Made by a program: the position numbers and the translations under genes. The notes below the pieces were generated by a model. That model saw only the letters and a program-made list of their open reading frames with translations, had not been told where the DNA came from and did not search any database. A DNA stretch of 57,004 bases, filler included, from Barthelona sp. PAP020 (Eukaryota): NCBI GenBank assembly GCA_040182905.1. It is 2 parts of 2 records of this genome, joined end to end, with 100 filler letters (N's around TTAATTAATTAA, not from the genome) between each part and the next. Parts side by side here need not be neighbours in the genome. Positions count along the whole stretch, not along the records: positions 28,597 to 57,004 come from JARQWU010000124.1; 1 more part is not named here. One strand, given 5' to 3'. Every line of letters starts with the position of its first letter. Within the stretch, counting starts at the first letter, position 1. This document shows, piece by piece, positions 31,795-42,562 of the stretch.

Positions 31795-32023
31795 CACTTT
31801 TTTTCATCTATTTTTGTTTCAAAACTCTAACTTCAGAAATTATTTTAATTCAAGTTCAGTGTTGTATTCTTTACAAATCTTTATTCAATCATAAAAATTG
31901 TTGTTCAGTCTAATATTTGTTGATTCTTTGATAAATACTTTTGGAAAATGTTTTGCAAAAATCAAAGAACAAAAGGAAAAAGCACCCAAAATTATTTATG
32001 AGAGAACGAAACAGTAAAAAGAA

Positions 32024-35000
32024 TTAATCAAAACAAAATGTGAAAGAAGGAGACATTGGACGACTATTACCCATCTTATTTTTTGGGTCAACAACCTCTA
32101 ATTCTGGAGATTCAGGGGTATAAATTTCTATTTCAGGGATTTCAAGAGTTCTCTTCAAATATTCATCAAATTCTTGAAGGAAAGCCACCTCATCAAAAGG
32201 ACACTCACGAGGGAATTCTCTGAGATCACATTCTTGAACAACCATAGCCAACCATTTCATTGCAAATTTAAGATAAGGTTTTAATTCAGGAACTGATTTA
32301 GCTCTTTTTGAGATTAATCCCAACAATTGTTTGCCTTCTATTTTATCATCTTCTTCAATAATGCTAACTCCCAAATCCAAAAGAATGTTTTGCCAATCAG
32401 GAAGAACAGTAGAAACAAACAATTGAAGCTTTGTACAAGAAACAGCATTTGGATTCTTCTTTTGATGTGTCTTCAAAGAATGACTGACTTTTCCTCTAAT
32501 ATTTGAAGTTAGACCATCAATATATTTGAATTTACTTTCTGCCATTTTAGGATCAGTTTCAGAAGCTGGTAAATCATCATAAGTAGGATAAGAAGCATGA
32601 ACAATAAATCCTTTTTCACCTAAAATATCTTTCCAGATATATTCGGCCCAATGAGGAGTAATTGGAGTCATTAACAAAGCTTGAGTACGAATGAATGAAC
32701 GTACAACATCAATATGAAGATTTTCATCACAACCACAAACGTTACGATAGAATCCCTTAATGTTATTCATGACAAACCATGCTTCTCTCAAAGCAACTCT
32801 ATATTGCATTGTTTCATAAGCTTCAGAAGTTGTATCAATACAGTTTTTCATCAAACCAAGAACAATATCATCAAATGAAGTGAATTCTCCACTGCGTAAT
32901 TTGTCACTCATATCAAGAACCTCTTTACTCCAATCAATGGCACGTGTCAAAGCAAGAATAGCATCAATGGCTGTGGATCTTTTGAAATTAGCATTACGAA
33001 GAGAATCACCAGCTTCCGCCAAAGCGAAACGAAGACCATCAGCCGAATATTCAAAAACTCCGTCTTCAACAGTGATGAAATTTCCAGTCGACTTTGACAT
33101 TTTCTCTCCATCAATGGTGACATGACCATTACAACGAATTCCTTTTGGCCAAAACTCAGGATGGTCTTCCCAAAGACAAACGTGATTATAAATGTACATT
33201 GTCAAGTGATTTTTAATCAATTCAAATCCAGAAGTACGTAAATCACAAGGATACCAATATTTAAAACTTTCACGTAGCTTGTTAAGAGATTCAACAGGTA
33301 TAGGAGTTTCAGGAACCTCATCAACGATACAATAGATGTAATCCCAAACTTCAGGAGTCATATCCTTTGCTTCAACACCCAAAGGTCCTGGTTTGCTCCC
33401 ATCAAGATTGTTTTCACCATGTAAAAGATGTGCCACAGTATAAAAAGATTGATAAGCTGTTGAATCAGACAAAGATTCGATCAAAAATTGTTCATCCCAT
33501 GGTATTCTTGTTCCCAAACCAAAAGATCTTGACAAAGCCCATTGTTTCAACCATTCAACAGCACCCCTTTGTTGCATTTCAATTTCATCGGTATAAAGAT
33601 TCATTTCTTCAACACATTGCAAGGCCAATGCTTTCCATTCATCTTCTCCATATGTAAGATACCATTGGTCAACCAAAGCACAAACACATTCATGACCAGA
33701 TCTTGAAATAACTTGACGTTGGGGTTCAGAGTATAAATCAGCCATTCCTTGTTCAAGAAGATCAGCCTTAACAGCATCTTTAACTTTATCAACTTTTTCT
33801 CCTTTATAAGGTCCAATACTCATTACACCATCATAAAAGCCCTTAGTATAAGTAATAGCTTTTGCTTCATCTAATTTGGCTCTTTGATGTTGATTTTTAA
33901 TTTTTAATTCCTCACAAACTGTTTTGGCAGCCATGTCACCAAGATCAGGAATATCAATAATTGGAACTGGTTCATTTGCAATCATTTCATCTGTGATTCC
34001 ATACTTTTCTCTGAATTCAGCATCTTCACGAATGTCTTTATAGGCCATCCAATCATCAGGTGCATCTGAAGGTACAGATGTAACAATACCAGTTCCTTTA
34101 TCCATTTTGATGGATAACATTGGAAGGATATATACCTTTTCGAAAGGACATAAAGGTGCTTTAAGGGCAATACCCATAAGATCATCACCATTGATTTCTT
34201 TCACAAGACGACTTTCTCCAAATCCTCCAGTGGTCAATTCTTGATATGAAGCATTATTGGCAGCATGTGCACCCATAATCCAAACTTCACCTTTTCTAAC
34301 TTCATAAGCTCCATATTCTCCTCCAGGTAAGGCCCAACAATTTGTTTGACCATACATAGTTTCGGGACGGAAAGTAGCTGCGGGGAAAATAACTTTGTAA
34401 TCTTTCAAATCAGCAAGAACTCCAGTTAACTCGACGGGCATTAAACGAACAATAGTATATTCTTGAGGTGTAACATGTTCACCGACAGATCTATCATGAT
34501 CAGCACAAGGTTGTCCATCACCAGGAGAATAAATGGTAATTCTTTTACCAAACGCAACCTTTCCTTTTTCATGAAGACGTGTAAATTGCCAACGAACAAA
34601 AGAGTCATAGAAGGGATTCTTATCTGTGGTGACGAAGGAACGTCTCCAATCAACACATGCACCAAACATATCAAGATCTGTTCTAGCATAAGGTGGAAAG
34701 TAATCAACCCAATAATTGGCATCACAAAATTTTGGAATGTCTTCATCAGAAATTCCAATAGATTTCATGATTTCCCATTGGCTTTTAATGTCTCCTCCCT
34801 TTTGATTCAACTTTGTACGTTTAGCTTTAAACTTTCCAAGACTCGCTAAAGCATCATCAACTGATTTCTCTTCTTCAACAACGACCTTTTTGTAAAGTTC
34901 AGGATTATTCCTTTCTTCAATTTCAAAAGTCAATTTATCAGCACAAGCCTTTATTGGCATACCAGTTACATGAAAACCAAAAGGCATTAGAGTATTAAAA

Positions 35001-35209
35001 CCTTTCATTCTTTTATAATGTGCAAGAAAATCAGCTTTTGCGTAACTAAAACAATGACCAAGGTGCAAACGTCCATTCATATAAGGATAAGGAAAAGTGA
35101 TAAAAAATTTTTTTTGATCTAGCTTGACATCAACTTCAAAAACATGATTTTCTCTCCATTCTTGTTGGATACGAGTTTCAATACTTCGCATTTCTTCTAA
35201 TTTTGCCAT
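32024..35209 (-). CDS. LARS1: Leucyl-tRNA synthetase, cytosolic (eukaryotic/archaeal type)
   Basis: FPYPYMNGRLHLGH, editing domain ATFRPETMYGQTN and GTGIVTSVPSDAPDD, IESLSDST, KMSKSTGNF; ATG at 35209. Confidence 0.97.
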   Translation of the reverse strand: MAKLEEMRSIETRIQQEWRENHVFEVDVKLDQKKFFITFPYPYMNGRLHLGHCFSYAKADFLAHYKRMKGFNTLMPFGFHVTGMPIKACADKLTFEIEERNNPELYKKVVVEEEKSVDDALASLGKFKAKRTKLNQKGGDIKSQWEIMKSIGISDEDIPKFCDANYWVDYFPPYARTDLDMFGACVDWRRSFVTTDKNPFYDSFVRWQFTRLHEKGKVAFGKRITIYSPGDGQPCADHDRSVGEHVTPQEYTIVRLMPVELTGVLADLKDYKVIFPAATFRPETMYGQTNCWALPGGEYGAYEVRKGEVWIMGAHAANNASYQELTTGGFGESRLVKEINGDDLMGIALKAPLCPFEKVYILPMLSIKMDKGTGIVTSVPSDAPDDWMAYKDIREDAEFREKYGITDEMIANEPVPIIDIPDLGDMAAKTVCEELKIKNQHQRAKLDEAKAITYTKGFYDGVMSIGPYKGEKVDKVKDAVKADLLEQGMADLYSEPQRQVISRSGHECVCALVDQWYLTYGEDEWKALALQCVEEMNLYTDEIEMQQRGAVEWLKQWALSRSFGLGTRIPWDEQFLIESLSDSTAYQSFYTVAHLLHGENNLDGSKPGPLGVEAKDMTPEVWDYIYCIVDEVPETPIPVESLNKLRESFKYWYPCDLRTSGFELIKNHLTMYIYNHVCLWEDHPEFWPKGIRCNGHVTIDGEKMSKSTGNFITVEDGVFEYSADGLRFALAEAGDSLRNANFKRSTAIDAILALTRAIDWSKEVLDMSDKLRSGEFTSFDDIVLGLMKNCIDTTSEAYETMQYRVALREAWFVMNNIKGFYRNVCGCDENLHIDVVRSFIRTQALLMTPITPHWAEYIWKDILGEKGFIVHASYPTYDDLPASETDPKMAESKFKYIDGLTSNIRGKVSHSLKTHQKKNPNAVSCTKLQLFVSTVLPDWQNILLDLGVSIIEEDDKIEGKQLLGLISKRAKSVPELKPYLKFAMKWLAMVVQECDLREFPRECPFDEVAFLQEFDEYLKRTLEIPEIEIYTPESPELEVVDPKNKMGNSRPMSPSFTFCFD

Positions 35210-35365
35210 ATTATAAAACAATTGATAGAAAAAAAAAATTGGAGCAAATCCAAATTAATAAATTTTTTTTGAAATTTTACAAAGCAATTTGTTGTTTCAA
35301 AGTACTCAAAAAATAAAAATCAATATAAATTTATATAAATTGAAAAATAAGATAAATGAAAAAAT

Positions 35366-35830
35366 TTAGCTATCTTCAATCCAAGCCGCATTGATATTCT
35401 GTTGAAGTGCATGCCAACTTGATGGTATGGCTTTAGCTTCTTTGTCTGATTTATTTTGTGTCTCACTCATAATAGGAGCTCTCTTTGTATTTAAAAGATT
35501 AAAGAACATTTCCTTTGTTGATGCTTGTTGTTCTGAACTAGATCTTGAAGATATTTGTCTTTTAAATATTTCATTAAATAACTTTGTTACACCATTAGCA
35601 GTAATTTGGGACAGCGATTTTTCATATTCATTCATTGCTTCTGTTGGCTTACTGTAATTTCTGTTATATCTTTCCTTTTTTATTCTTGACATTTCTTTCT
35701 TAATTCTAGCTTCTTCAATTTGTCTGTCAACTTTATGGATAGTTGATTTGCTTTTGGACAAAATTGGATTTAAGGCTTTTTCCCTACCTAAAGGAATCGA
35801 TAATATTTGAGCAATTGCAGTTGGAAACAT
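35366..35830 (-). CDS. RRP15: rRNA-processing protein RRP15-like
   Basis: AIAQILS...PILSKSK, EYEKSLSQITANGVTKLFNEIFKRQ (cf. E.ER.L..iA..GVV.LFNAV...Q) and KEMFFNLL. Confidence 0.75.
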   Translation of the reverse strand: MFPTAIAQILSIPLGREKALNPILSKSKSTIHKVDRQIEEARIKKEMSRIKKERYNRNYSKPTEAMNEYEKSLSQITANGVTKLFNEIFKRQISSRSSSEQQASTKEMFFNLLNTKRAPIMSETQNKSDKEAKAIPSSWHALQQNINAAWIEDS

Positions 35831-35880
35831 TTGAGAAAAAGCAAAAAAGAAAAAATGAATGACTTCTTGAACTTTATGTT

Positions 35881-36789
35881 ATGGCATCAGTTTCAATTCA
35901 ATTAATTCGACAAAACAAAACATTTGTACCAGGATCAATTGTTGAAGGAAATATTATAATCGTATCAGAATCATCCAGAAAACATTCTGGAATTAGAGTT
36001 AACATTGATGGAAATGTTGAAAGAAAAGTAGTCGAAAATAGTTCTTATGGTCCATTAAAGCCTATAATGATTTTAGAACAAAAACAAGATCTTGTTGCGC
36101 CTGGTCAAATTCCTGAAGGTACCACTTCTTATCCATTTGAATTTTTATTGGAAGGTAGTTTGGCAGACTCAACATTATATGAATCCTACACTGGTTGGCT
36201 GATTGAAGTTGTGTATACTATTTCTGTAACTGTTGGAGGGACTGTTTTTAATAAAACTCTTGAAGATTCAATTCCATTTTATGTTAATATTTATTCTTCA
36301 AGACGAAAAAACAATATTCAAAAATTTGTTATAACTCCCGATTCATTTGACGAAAAGATTATGGCAAGATCAACTTCGAATGAATTTAAAATTGTTGGAC
36401 AATGGAACCAAACGTCCCTTGATTTAAACAATCCCTTTTCTGGTTACTTAATTGTTGAGCATTCAGATTATCCTATTGTTTCAATTGATTTATCGTTATC
36501 AAGAATTGAGACATTGGGGGATCAAAAAATTTCTCATAAAAATCCACAAAGTTCATTAATTCAGACCATACAGATTGGAAATGGGGATATTGCTCGTGGT
36601 TTGAAGGTACCCATACATATGATTATTCCTGAAAATCATGCTTGCATAAGTACTTTTGCTCCATGGTTTTCTGTGCAATTTGAGGTGATTTTACTAGTTG
36701 TTTTTTCCATATGTGGAGAAAAGTATGGTGTTTGTGAACAGCTAAAAGTGCCATTTTATCGAACAAATCCTTCCGATAATTCATTTTGA
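35881..36789 (+). CDS. VPS26C: VPS26C/DSCR3 (retriever subunit, arrestin fold)
   Basis: PGQIPEGTTSYPFEF, LYESYTG, SIDLSLSRIET and IQTIQIGNGDIARGLKVPIHMIIP, matching the DSCR3 IQNIQIADGDV.R.L.VPI.M.FP block. Confidence 0.8.
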   Translation: MASVSIQLIRQNKTFVPGSIVEGNIIIVSESSRKHSGIRVNIDGNVERKVVENSSYGPLKPIMILEQKQDLVAPGQIPEGTTSYPFEFLLEGSLADSTLYESYTGWLIEVVYTISVTVGGTVFNKTLEDSIPFYVNIYSSRRKNNIQKFVITPDSFDEKIMARSTSNEFKIVGQWNQTSLDLNNPFSGYLIVEHSDYPIVSIDLSLSRIETLGDQKISHKNPQSSLIQTIQIGNGDIARGLKVPIHMIIPENHACISTFAPWFSVQFEVILLVVFSICGEKYGVCEQLKVPFYRTNPSDNSF

Positions 36790-36929
36790 TTTGTTTTTCA
36801 AGGTATTTTTTAAGGTTGTAAATAATTTCAGTATCTTTTATATTTAAGTTTTTGCGGGATTCTTTCTTGAGACAAACACAAAAACAAAAAATAAACAAGA
36901 TGAATCTTTTTATAAAATGATGGTTTCGA

Positions 36930-37949
36930 CTATATATTGGGAATTCTCTTGAATGAATCCACGTTTGGTTTGGTATCAAGGTCCTTTTTTAAATATGACA
37001 GCTTTTCTGGTCTAATTTGATTCACCCACTTTTCAAATTCAATTTTATATTCATTAAAATCTTTTAAAAATGGATGATAAAGCGCCTCTTCTGTGGTTAT
37101 CCGAAAACTAGGATTGAGAACCAATAGTTTTGAAATCAAATCTTGAGCATCATCTGGAATATTCTTTAGTAAGCTATCCAACCTATTTGGATGCATCTGA
37201 AACATAGCACTTTTGTACTTTGGCAGATTATCCCAATATCTCCAAGTAGAATTATCAGGTGTACCAATTGTTTGAAATATTTGATTTAAAACTTGTAAAG
37301 ACTCGGTTCCTGTGAATAGATAATTTCCTTCATTAAACATTGAGTATAAACAACATCCCATAGCCCACATATCAGAGGCACTGGTGTATGCATGAGCACC
37401 TAAAATAATTTCAGGAGGTCGATAACCAGCAATAAAACAAATAGGCGTCATACATTGACGGTCAATTTCAGCAAAGTTCTTGCAAAAATTGAAATCAGCA
37501 ATGGTGACATTTAATTCATTGTCTATCAAAAAATTATCCAACTTTATATCTCTATGCATAATAAACCTTTGATGTAATTCATTCAACCCGAAAATCATCT
37601 GACCAAACAGATATCTGATCACGTTTGTTGGAACATTTTTCATTTTTTTTACATATTCTTCGACTGTACCAAAATGCATAAAAGGATACATGACATGAAT
37701 TCTATTTTCTGCATCAAGTTGAACATCTTCAATATTACATACATTTATCTCATTCATTTCATATCCACATCTTATTTCTCTCAAAACTGAATACTGAATA
37801 CCATCTTCCATTTGTGTCAATTCTTTTTTAAACTGCTTCACCGCAATATCACGTTCTTGATTATCTTTTGAACATGCATGATACACATTTGCATATGTAC
37901 CCACACCTATTGGTTTGGGTTTTTTTAAAACATATCCTGGAATATTCAT
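36930..37949 (-). CDS. Cyclin-dependent kinase, CDK7-like, divergent
   Basis: IGVGTYANVY, IAVKQ, EDGIQYSVLREI, HRDIKLDN, ADFN, YRPPEIILGA..Y....DMWAMGC and RITTEEALYHPF. The start is probably the second ATG (37949); 37976 is the alternative. Confidence 0.8.
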   Translation of the reverse strand: MNIPGYVLKKPKPIGVGTYANVYHACSKDNQERDIAVKQFKKELTQMEDGIQYSVLREIRCGYEMNEINVCNIEDVQLDAENRIHVMYPFMHFGTVEEYVKKMKNVPTNVIRYLFGQMIFGLNELHQRFIMHRDIKLDNFLIDNELNVTIADFNFCKNFAEIDRQCMTPICFIAGYRPPEIILGAHAYTSASDMWAMGCCLYSMFNEGNYLFTGTESLQVLNQIFQTIGTPDNSTWRYWDNLPKYKSAMFQMHPNRLDSLLKNIPDDAQDLISKLLVLNPSFRITTEEALYHPFLKDFNEYKIEFEKWVNQIRPEKLSYLKKDLDTKPNVDSFKRIPNI

Positions 37950-38011
37950 AGTTAAAAGATAAGAGAAGTTTTTCATTTATTTTTTTTTTTCTTTTAAAAC
38001 GATTATACATA

Positions 38012-38746
38012 ATGTTTCTATTATTTGATGCTGAAGAAGAAGAAGAAATAATCCAATTATTAAATGAAATTAAAAATCCTTTGATTATACCAAGAAATAT
38101 CATTGAACCTTTGGAAAGGTTAGAAACAGAAAAAAATAAAGAGTTAATCAGTGTAGAAAATACAAAAAAAAAAGAACCATTTTTACTATCAAGCACTCAT
38201 TCAATTACTTCCAAATTAATTGAAAGAAATGAACGTTTATTTGCTCTACATGTTGATCAAATTAGCGACCAAAAGGATAGAAATGTTGGTTCTGTTGATA
38301 TAAATATTGATTTGGATATGTATGAAAGGTCTTCTAAATTTTCCGTTCAAGAAATTGAGTTTTTGAATAATTTCCAAACAATTAATTTGTTTACGACAGT
38401 TTATATTCAGTATAATGTAATAATACAAAAATTTATCCATACTTTGGAAAATATTGAGAAAGAAGAAAATCAAATTGTGAATCTTCAACAACAAACTAGA
38501 TATAAGAATAAAATAAAAGCAGTTGAAATTGAATATGAAGCAATATTCTCTAATTTTTTTCCTAATTTTCAAATTTTTTTTCAATTTTTCAATGTTAGTT
38601 CTTTTGACCAGTTGTATCCATATTTTGAATATTTGATAAAGCAACAAAAAATACGGCGTCCATTAAAATTTTTGAACTTTAAAGAACATAATTTACAGAA
38701 ATATGATGCATTTCCAAGACAATTGTGGGCAAATTCACAAATATAA
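38012..38746 (+). CDS. Hypothetical protein
   Basis: 244-aa open frame head-to-head with the CDK gene; no motif recognised. Confidence 0.5.
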   Translation: MFLLFDAEEEEEIIQLLNEIKNPLIIPRNIIEPLERLETEKNKELISVENTKKKEPFLLSSTHSITSKLIERNERLFALHVDQISDQKDRNVGSVDINIDLDMYERSSKFSVQEIEFLNNFQTINLFTTVYIQYNVIIQKFIHTLENIEKEENQIVNLQQQTRYKNKIKAVEIEYEAIFSNFFPNFQIFFQFFNVSSFDQLYPYFEYLIKQQKIRRPLKFLNFKEHNLQKYDAFPRQLWANSQI

Positions 38747-38934
38747 ATTTTGTATTTTCTTTAGACTTTATTTTTAACACATAATAAACTTTCATCTCCT
38801 TGTGTGCGGAATTTCAATGCACAAATGCATTAATTATTATCTTGATGTTTTCTGTGACAGTTAAACACATGCCTTTTGATGTATCAGCTTATTCTAAATA
38901 ATTCCAACCCTCATCTTAGCATAAATCACCGTCA

Positions 38935-40115
38935 TCAATCTGCTAATCCTTTGAACATGTGTATATTGCCTCCATTAATTTCATTGCAGTCAATTAAATC
39001 CCATAATGTATCATCTGTCATATAGTATTCCTCCATATTCATGTGAACACCTGAAGCTACCAATTGTCTGATAAAACATGTATCCATATTTATATAAATA
39101 AGATTGTACAATACATGACCCCTTTTCTTTGACAATTCAATGAGTTTGGAATAATCAGTATGGTTACATTCGGACACCATCAAATACATATTCAAGCTAG
39201 ACTTTTCGCATTCCCCACATTTTAGCTTTGTCAAATCAGGGGATACTGCAAAAGAGAAATTGCTTTTTTCACATTCATAATAAACCTTTTGAATATCATA
39301 AATGCCATCTACATTGTATAATGAAATGTAGTTATCACATGACATAATTATCAGGATAGCAGGGGTAATAAAATAATGATCCCACACTTCCCCTCCCATT
39401 TCAAACGTGTGAAGAAGTAACCCATCGTCAATGTTCCAGAGTTTGACATTGTTTGATTGACCTCCAATAGCTACAATTTTTTTTGGTTGGATGGAAATCA
39501 ATCTCTTTAACTTGTCCTCTTTGATTCAATGTATGAATAAAGGAAAAATTTGTTGGGTCAACAAACTTGGCAGTTATATCACCAATGGCCGTTGAAATAT
39601 ATTTGTCATTTGATGAGTTTTATTCTCCAAATCCAAGTAGAATGAACTTTAGTTTCCAAAATAACGTTTCCATTATTTATATCCCACTTCTTAAGGTTTC
39701 CACAATTGTCACCAGAATATACATGATTTGAACAATGAGAATAAAAAATACAACAATTTTGTGTGCTATTTAGCAATCTGTGTGAAATATTGAGACCCGG
39801 ATAGTTATGAACAATAACATACCTATCTTCAGAACATGTTGCTAACTTTTCTCCATTTGGTGAAAAGGCAACACCAAAAACTCTGCTTGCGCGATCATTT
39901 AGGCTGTAATTCAAATGTCCTGTTTCTGCATCAACAACAAGTACTCTCACGTAACTTCCAATCACAAAACATTTGTTATCTGGAGAATACTGACAATCAA
40001 ACGTATAATCTGAAATAACATTTTCAAGTTTCATTGCACTATTTTCATCAAATTTTAAAGCAAGCACATTTCGAAAGTTTTTCTGCACTAACTCACTGCT
40101 CAACTCCACCGACAT
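38935..40115 (-). pseudogene. WD40-repeat gene with two frameshifts (pseudogene or sequencing errors)
   Basis: Two WD40 ORFs (39606-40115 and 38935-39501) are bridged by a third-frame WD segment, SSNDKYISTAIGDITAKFVD...VKEIDFHPT. Frameshifts lie near 39615 and in the A8 run at 39477-39484. Confidence 0.75.
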
Positions 40116-40378
40116 ATCAAAACCATCAAAAGAAACAATAATTTGATGAATCTAAAACAACTAAGACTTTTTGAAAGGACATTTAGCACGAAGGAAAAAT
40201 AAAACAATTTTCCTCAAATTCTTTCGTAATTTCCTTTTAAACAGAAAATCACATTCAATTGATAAAGAAAAATAAACAATTTGACATGAAGCAAAAATTA
40301 AAACAAAAAAGGATCAAGAGCTATTTTCTGATTGATTTGCAACAAAAACCAAAATTGTTCAAAAATCCATTTTTGAGC

Positions 40379-41053
40379 ATGGTAATTTCTGCAGTATTAT
40401 TTGATTTGGATGGAACTTTGATTGATGATTCATATCATGTTATTAATTGTTTTCAGAAGTGTTTAAAACAATGGAATTTACCTGAAAAATCAAATGATTA
40501 TATTCTAAATATAATGGGGTTATCTGCAGAAGGTTGTTGTGAAGCATTAGGAGTTCCTGATGATATTTTCAATGATTTTTTAGCAAAGTTTTGGGAAAAT
40601 CTAGAAAATTATAATACAATTCCTGTTCCTTTGCTTGGTGTTGAAAGTTTATTGGATTTTTTGAATTCTAAACAAATTAGCATGGGAATCGTAACCTCAA
40701 ACAAAGCAAAAAATGCTAAAACGGCATTAAGTATGATTGGATTGTTTGAACTTTTTCAAAATGTTATTGGAAGTGATATTGTTTCCGAAACAAAACCAAA
40801 TCCAAAACCTTTATTGACTTGTCTCGACGAAATGGGAATTCATTCATGTGACCATGTGTATTATATTGGAGATTCAATAATGGACATCAAAGCTGCGATA
40901 GCTGCCAAAATTATCCCAATTTGGGTTTGTTCAGAGGAAAAGCGCACAGCTAGATTGACAAAAGAGTTTGAACATATCATCAACAATAATAATATTCTTG
41001 TCTTTTCTTCAATGAACGATGTTCAATACTATTTTGATCAGTTTTTAAACTGA
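40379..41053 (+). CDS. HAD-superfamily phosphatase (phosphoglycolate phosphatase/PpaX-like)
   Basis: AVLFDLDGTLID, GIVTSN, KPNPKP and YIGDSIMDIKAA; ATG at 40379. Confidence 0.9.
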   Translation: MVISAVLFDLDGTLIDDSYHVINCFQKCLKQWNLPEKSNDYILNIMGLSAEGCCEALGVPDDIFNDFLAKFWENLENYNTIPVPLLGVESLLDFLNSKQISMGIVTSNKAKNAKTALSMIGLFELFQNVIGSDIVSETKPNPKPLLTCLDEMGIHSCDHVYYIGDSIMDIKAAIAAKIIPIWVCSEEKRTARLTKEFEHIINNNNILVFSSMNDVQYYFDQFLN

Positions 41054-41172
41054 ATAAAGTGTTTTCTCCTTTTTTTTTTCTTCTTTCTTCTTCTTTCTTC
41101 CTTTAAATAAGTATAAAATCCTTATCTTTTGTTTGAAAGAAAAGAAAAAAACTTGGATTTTTATACGTATTT

Positions 41173-42489
41173 CTAATCTTTTGAAGCAGTATTTCCTCTT
41201 TGACTAAGCACTTTCCTTCTTAAATAAGCCAAATTCTTCAATCGGTCATTATCACAACCAAGATTTGATGGATATAACCCATTGATCTTTTGATTCTTTC
41301 GACAACTCGGACAAACGGGGTCTCCATTGAACACAAGATCAAATCCACCAACATTGGAATGAGGTGGAAAATTCCATGTGTTTGACCTTTGTTTGACTTC
41401 TAAACTATGATATCTTCTTTCCATATCCACAACATTCAGCATATCATCAAGAATTCTGAGTTTTAACAACCTATCAGGTTCGTTTTCCGCAGACAATGAA
41501 GGGCTTGCATTCACTTCGATCAACCAGGGTTTCAAATTAGCATCAATTAAAATATCATAACCATACAATTCAAAGCACTGAGGGGAATTGATAATATCGT
41601 TTTGAACTGCCTTCAAAGAATAAATGATCAATGATTGGATCAAAGCAAAGCAATGTTCAACATCAGTTTCGGGATATCTTGTGAACATGTATTGTTTTAA
41701 TGAATGAATACTCCATTTACACCCTGCTTTTTCATTATAATTAGGGGCATGCTTTTGAATTGCAACATTGGTTAAGTGCACAAAAGCATCTTCAGTGGTG
41801 TCCATTGAATATCTGCTGAAAGTGAACCTGGCAAATCCTTCACGATATATATATACAATGAGAGGTGAATAAGAAATAACTAAAACATACAATCTCAAAT
41901 CAAATTTCTTTCCTCCAACAAGCAAAGGATTAGCTAGATATTGTTGGACAACATAATTTTCGGGCTTTTCAACTTCTTCATCATGATCTTGTAAAAACAA
42001 AGGTACTCGTTTCCAATCTGCGACTTCAGATAAGTCATGAAATAAAAATATTCCTTTTCCTTGAGCTTTACCAATCGGTTTCATAATCCAAGTTGGTTTC
42101 CTACCTTCTCTGCGTTTGAATTCTTCAGTAAATAGACTATACTCCTGGGGTAAAACATAAGTTGATGGAAAAAATTCCAAAACACTTATGTCGTTGCCTA
42201 ATTTTCTAAATTCTCTGGTTAATCGTTTTAAATTCTTGGATAAAAGATCTTTTCGTGTTAATTGATATGATCTTTGAAAATGATTAACTCGTTGAAAACT
42301 GTTCAATCTTAAATAATCAAAATGTTCATTCATCCAAGTAATATTTGCCCATATAATATCCCATTCATCTTCTTCTGCTACTTCAGTGTATCCTCGATTC
42401 TGCAAAGCAGGTAAAATCAAGGAACGAATGCAAGTTCTAAATCGAATTGTATGTATTTCTGTTATTTCCTCTAAAATTTGTGGTTTCAT
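41173..42489 (-). CDS. TTLL9: Tubulin polyglutamylase, TTLL9-like
   Basis: IRFRT..., RVNHF..YQLTRKDLLSKNLKR, WIMKP...QGKGIFLF, KFDLRLYVLV, HLTNVAIQK and FELYGYDILID..LKPWLIEVNASPS. Confidence 0.85.
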   Translation of the reverse strand: MKPQILEEITEIHTIRFRTCIRSLILPALQNRGYTEVAEEDEWDIIWANITWMNEHFDYLRLNSFQRVNHFQRSYQLTRKDLLSKNLKRLTREFRKLGNDISVLEFFPSTYVLPQEYSLFTEEFKRREGRKPTWIMKPIGKAQGKGIFLFHDLSEVADWKRVPLFLQDHDEEVEKPENYVVQQYLANPLLVGGKKFDLRLYVLVISYSPLIVYIYREGFARFTFSRYSMDTTEDAFVHLTNVAIQKHAPNYNEKAGCKWSIHSLKQYMFTRYPETDVEHCFALIQSLIIYSLKAVQNDIINSPQCFELYGYDILIDANLKPWLIEVNASPSLSAENEPDRLLKLRILDDMLNVVDMERRYHSLEVKQRSNTWNFPPHSNVGGFDLVFNGDPVCPSCRKNQKINGLYPSNLGCDNDRLKNLAYLRRKVLSQRGNTASKD

Positions 42490-42562
42490 GGTTACATAAT
42501 CGAATGAAGACGAAAAATAGAAAAAACAGAAAAAATTGAAGACGTTATTTTTAACATTGATT

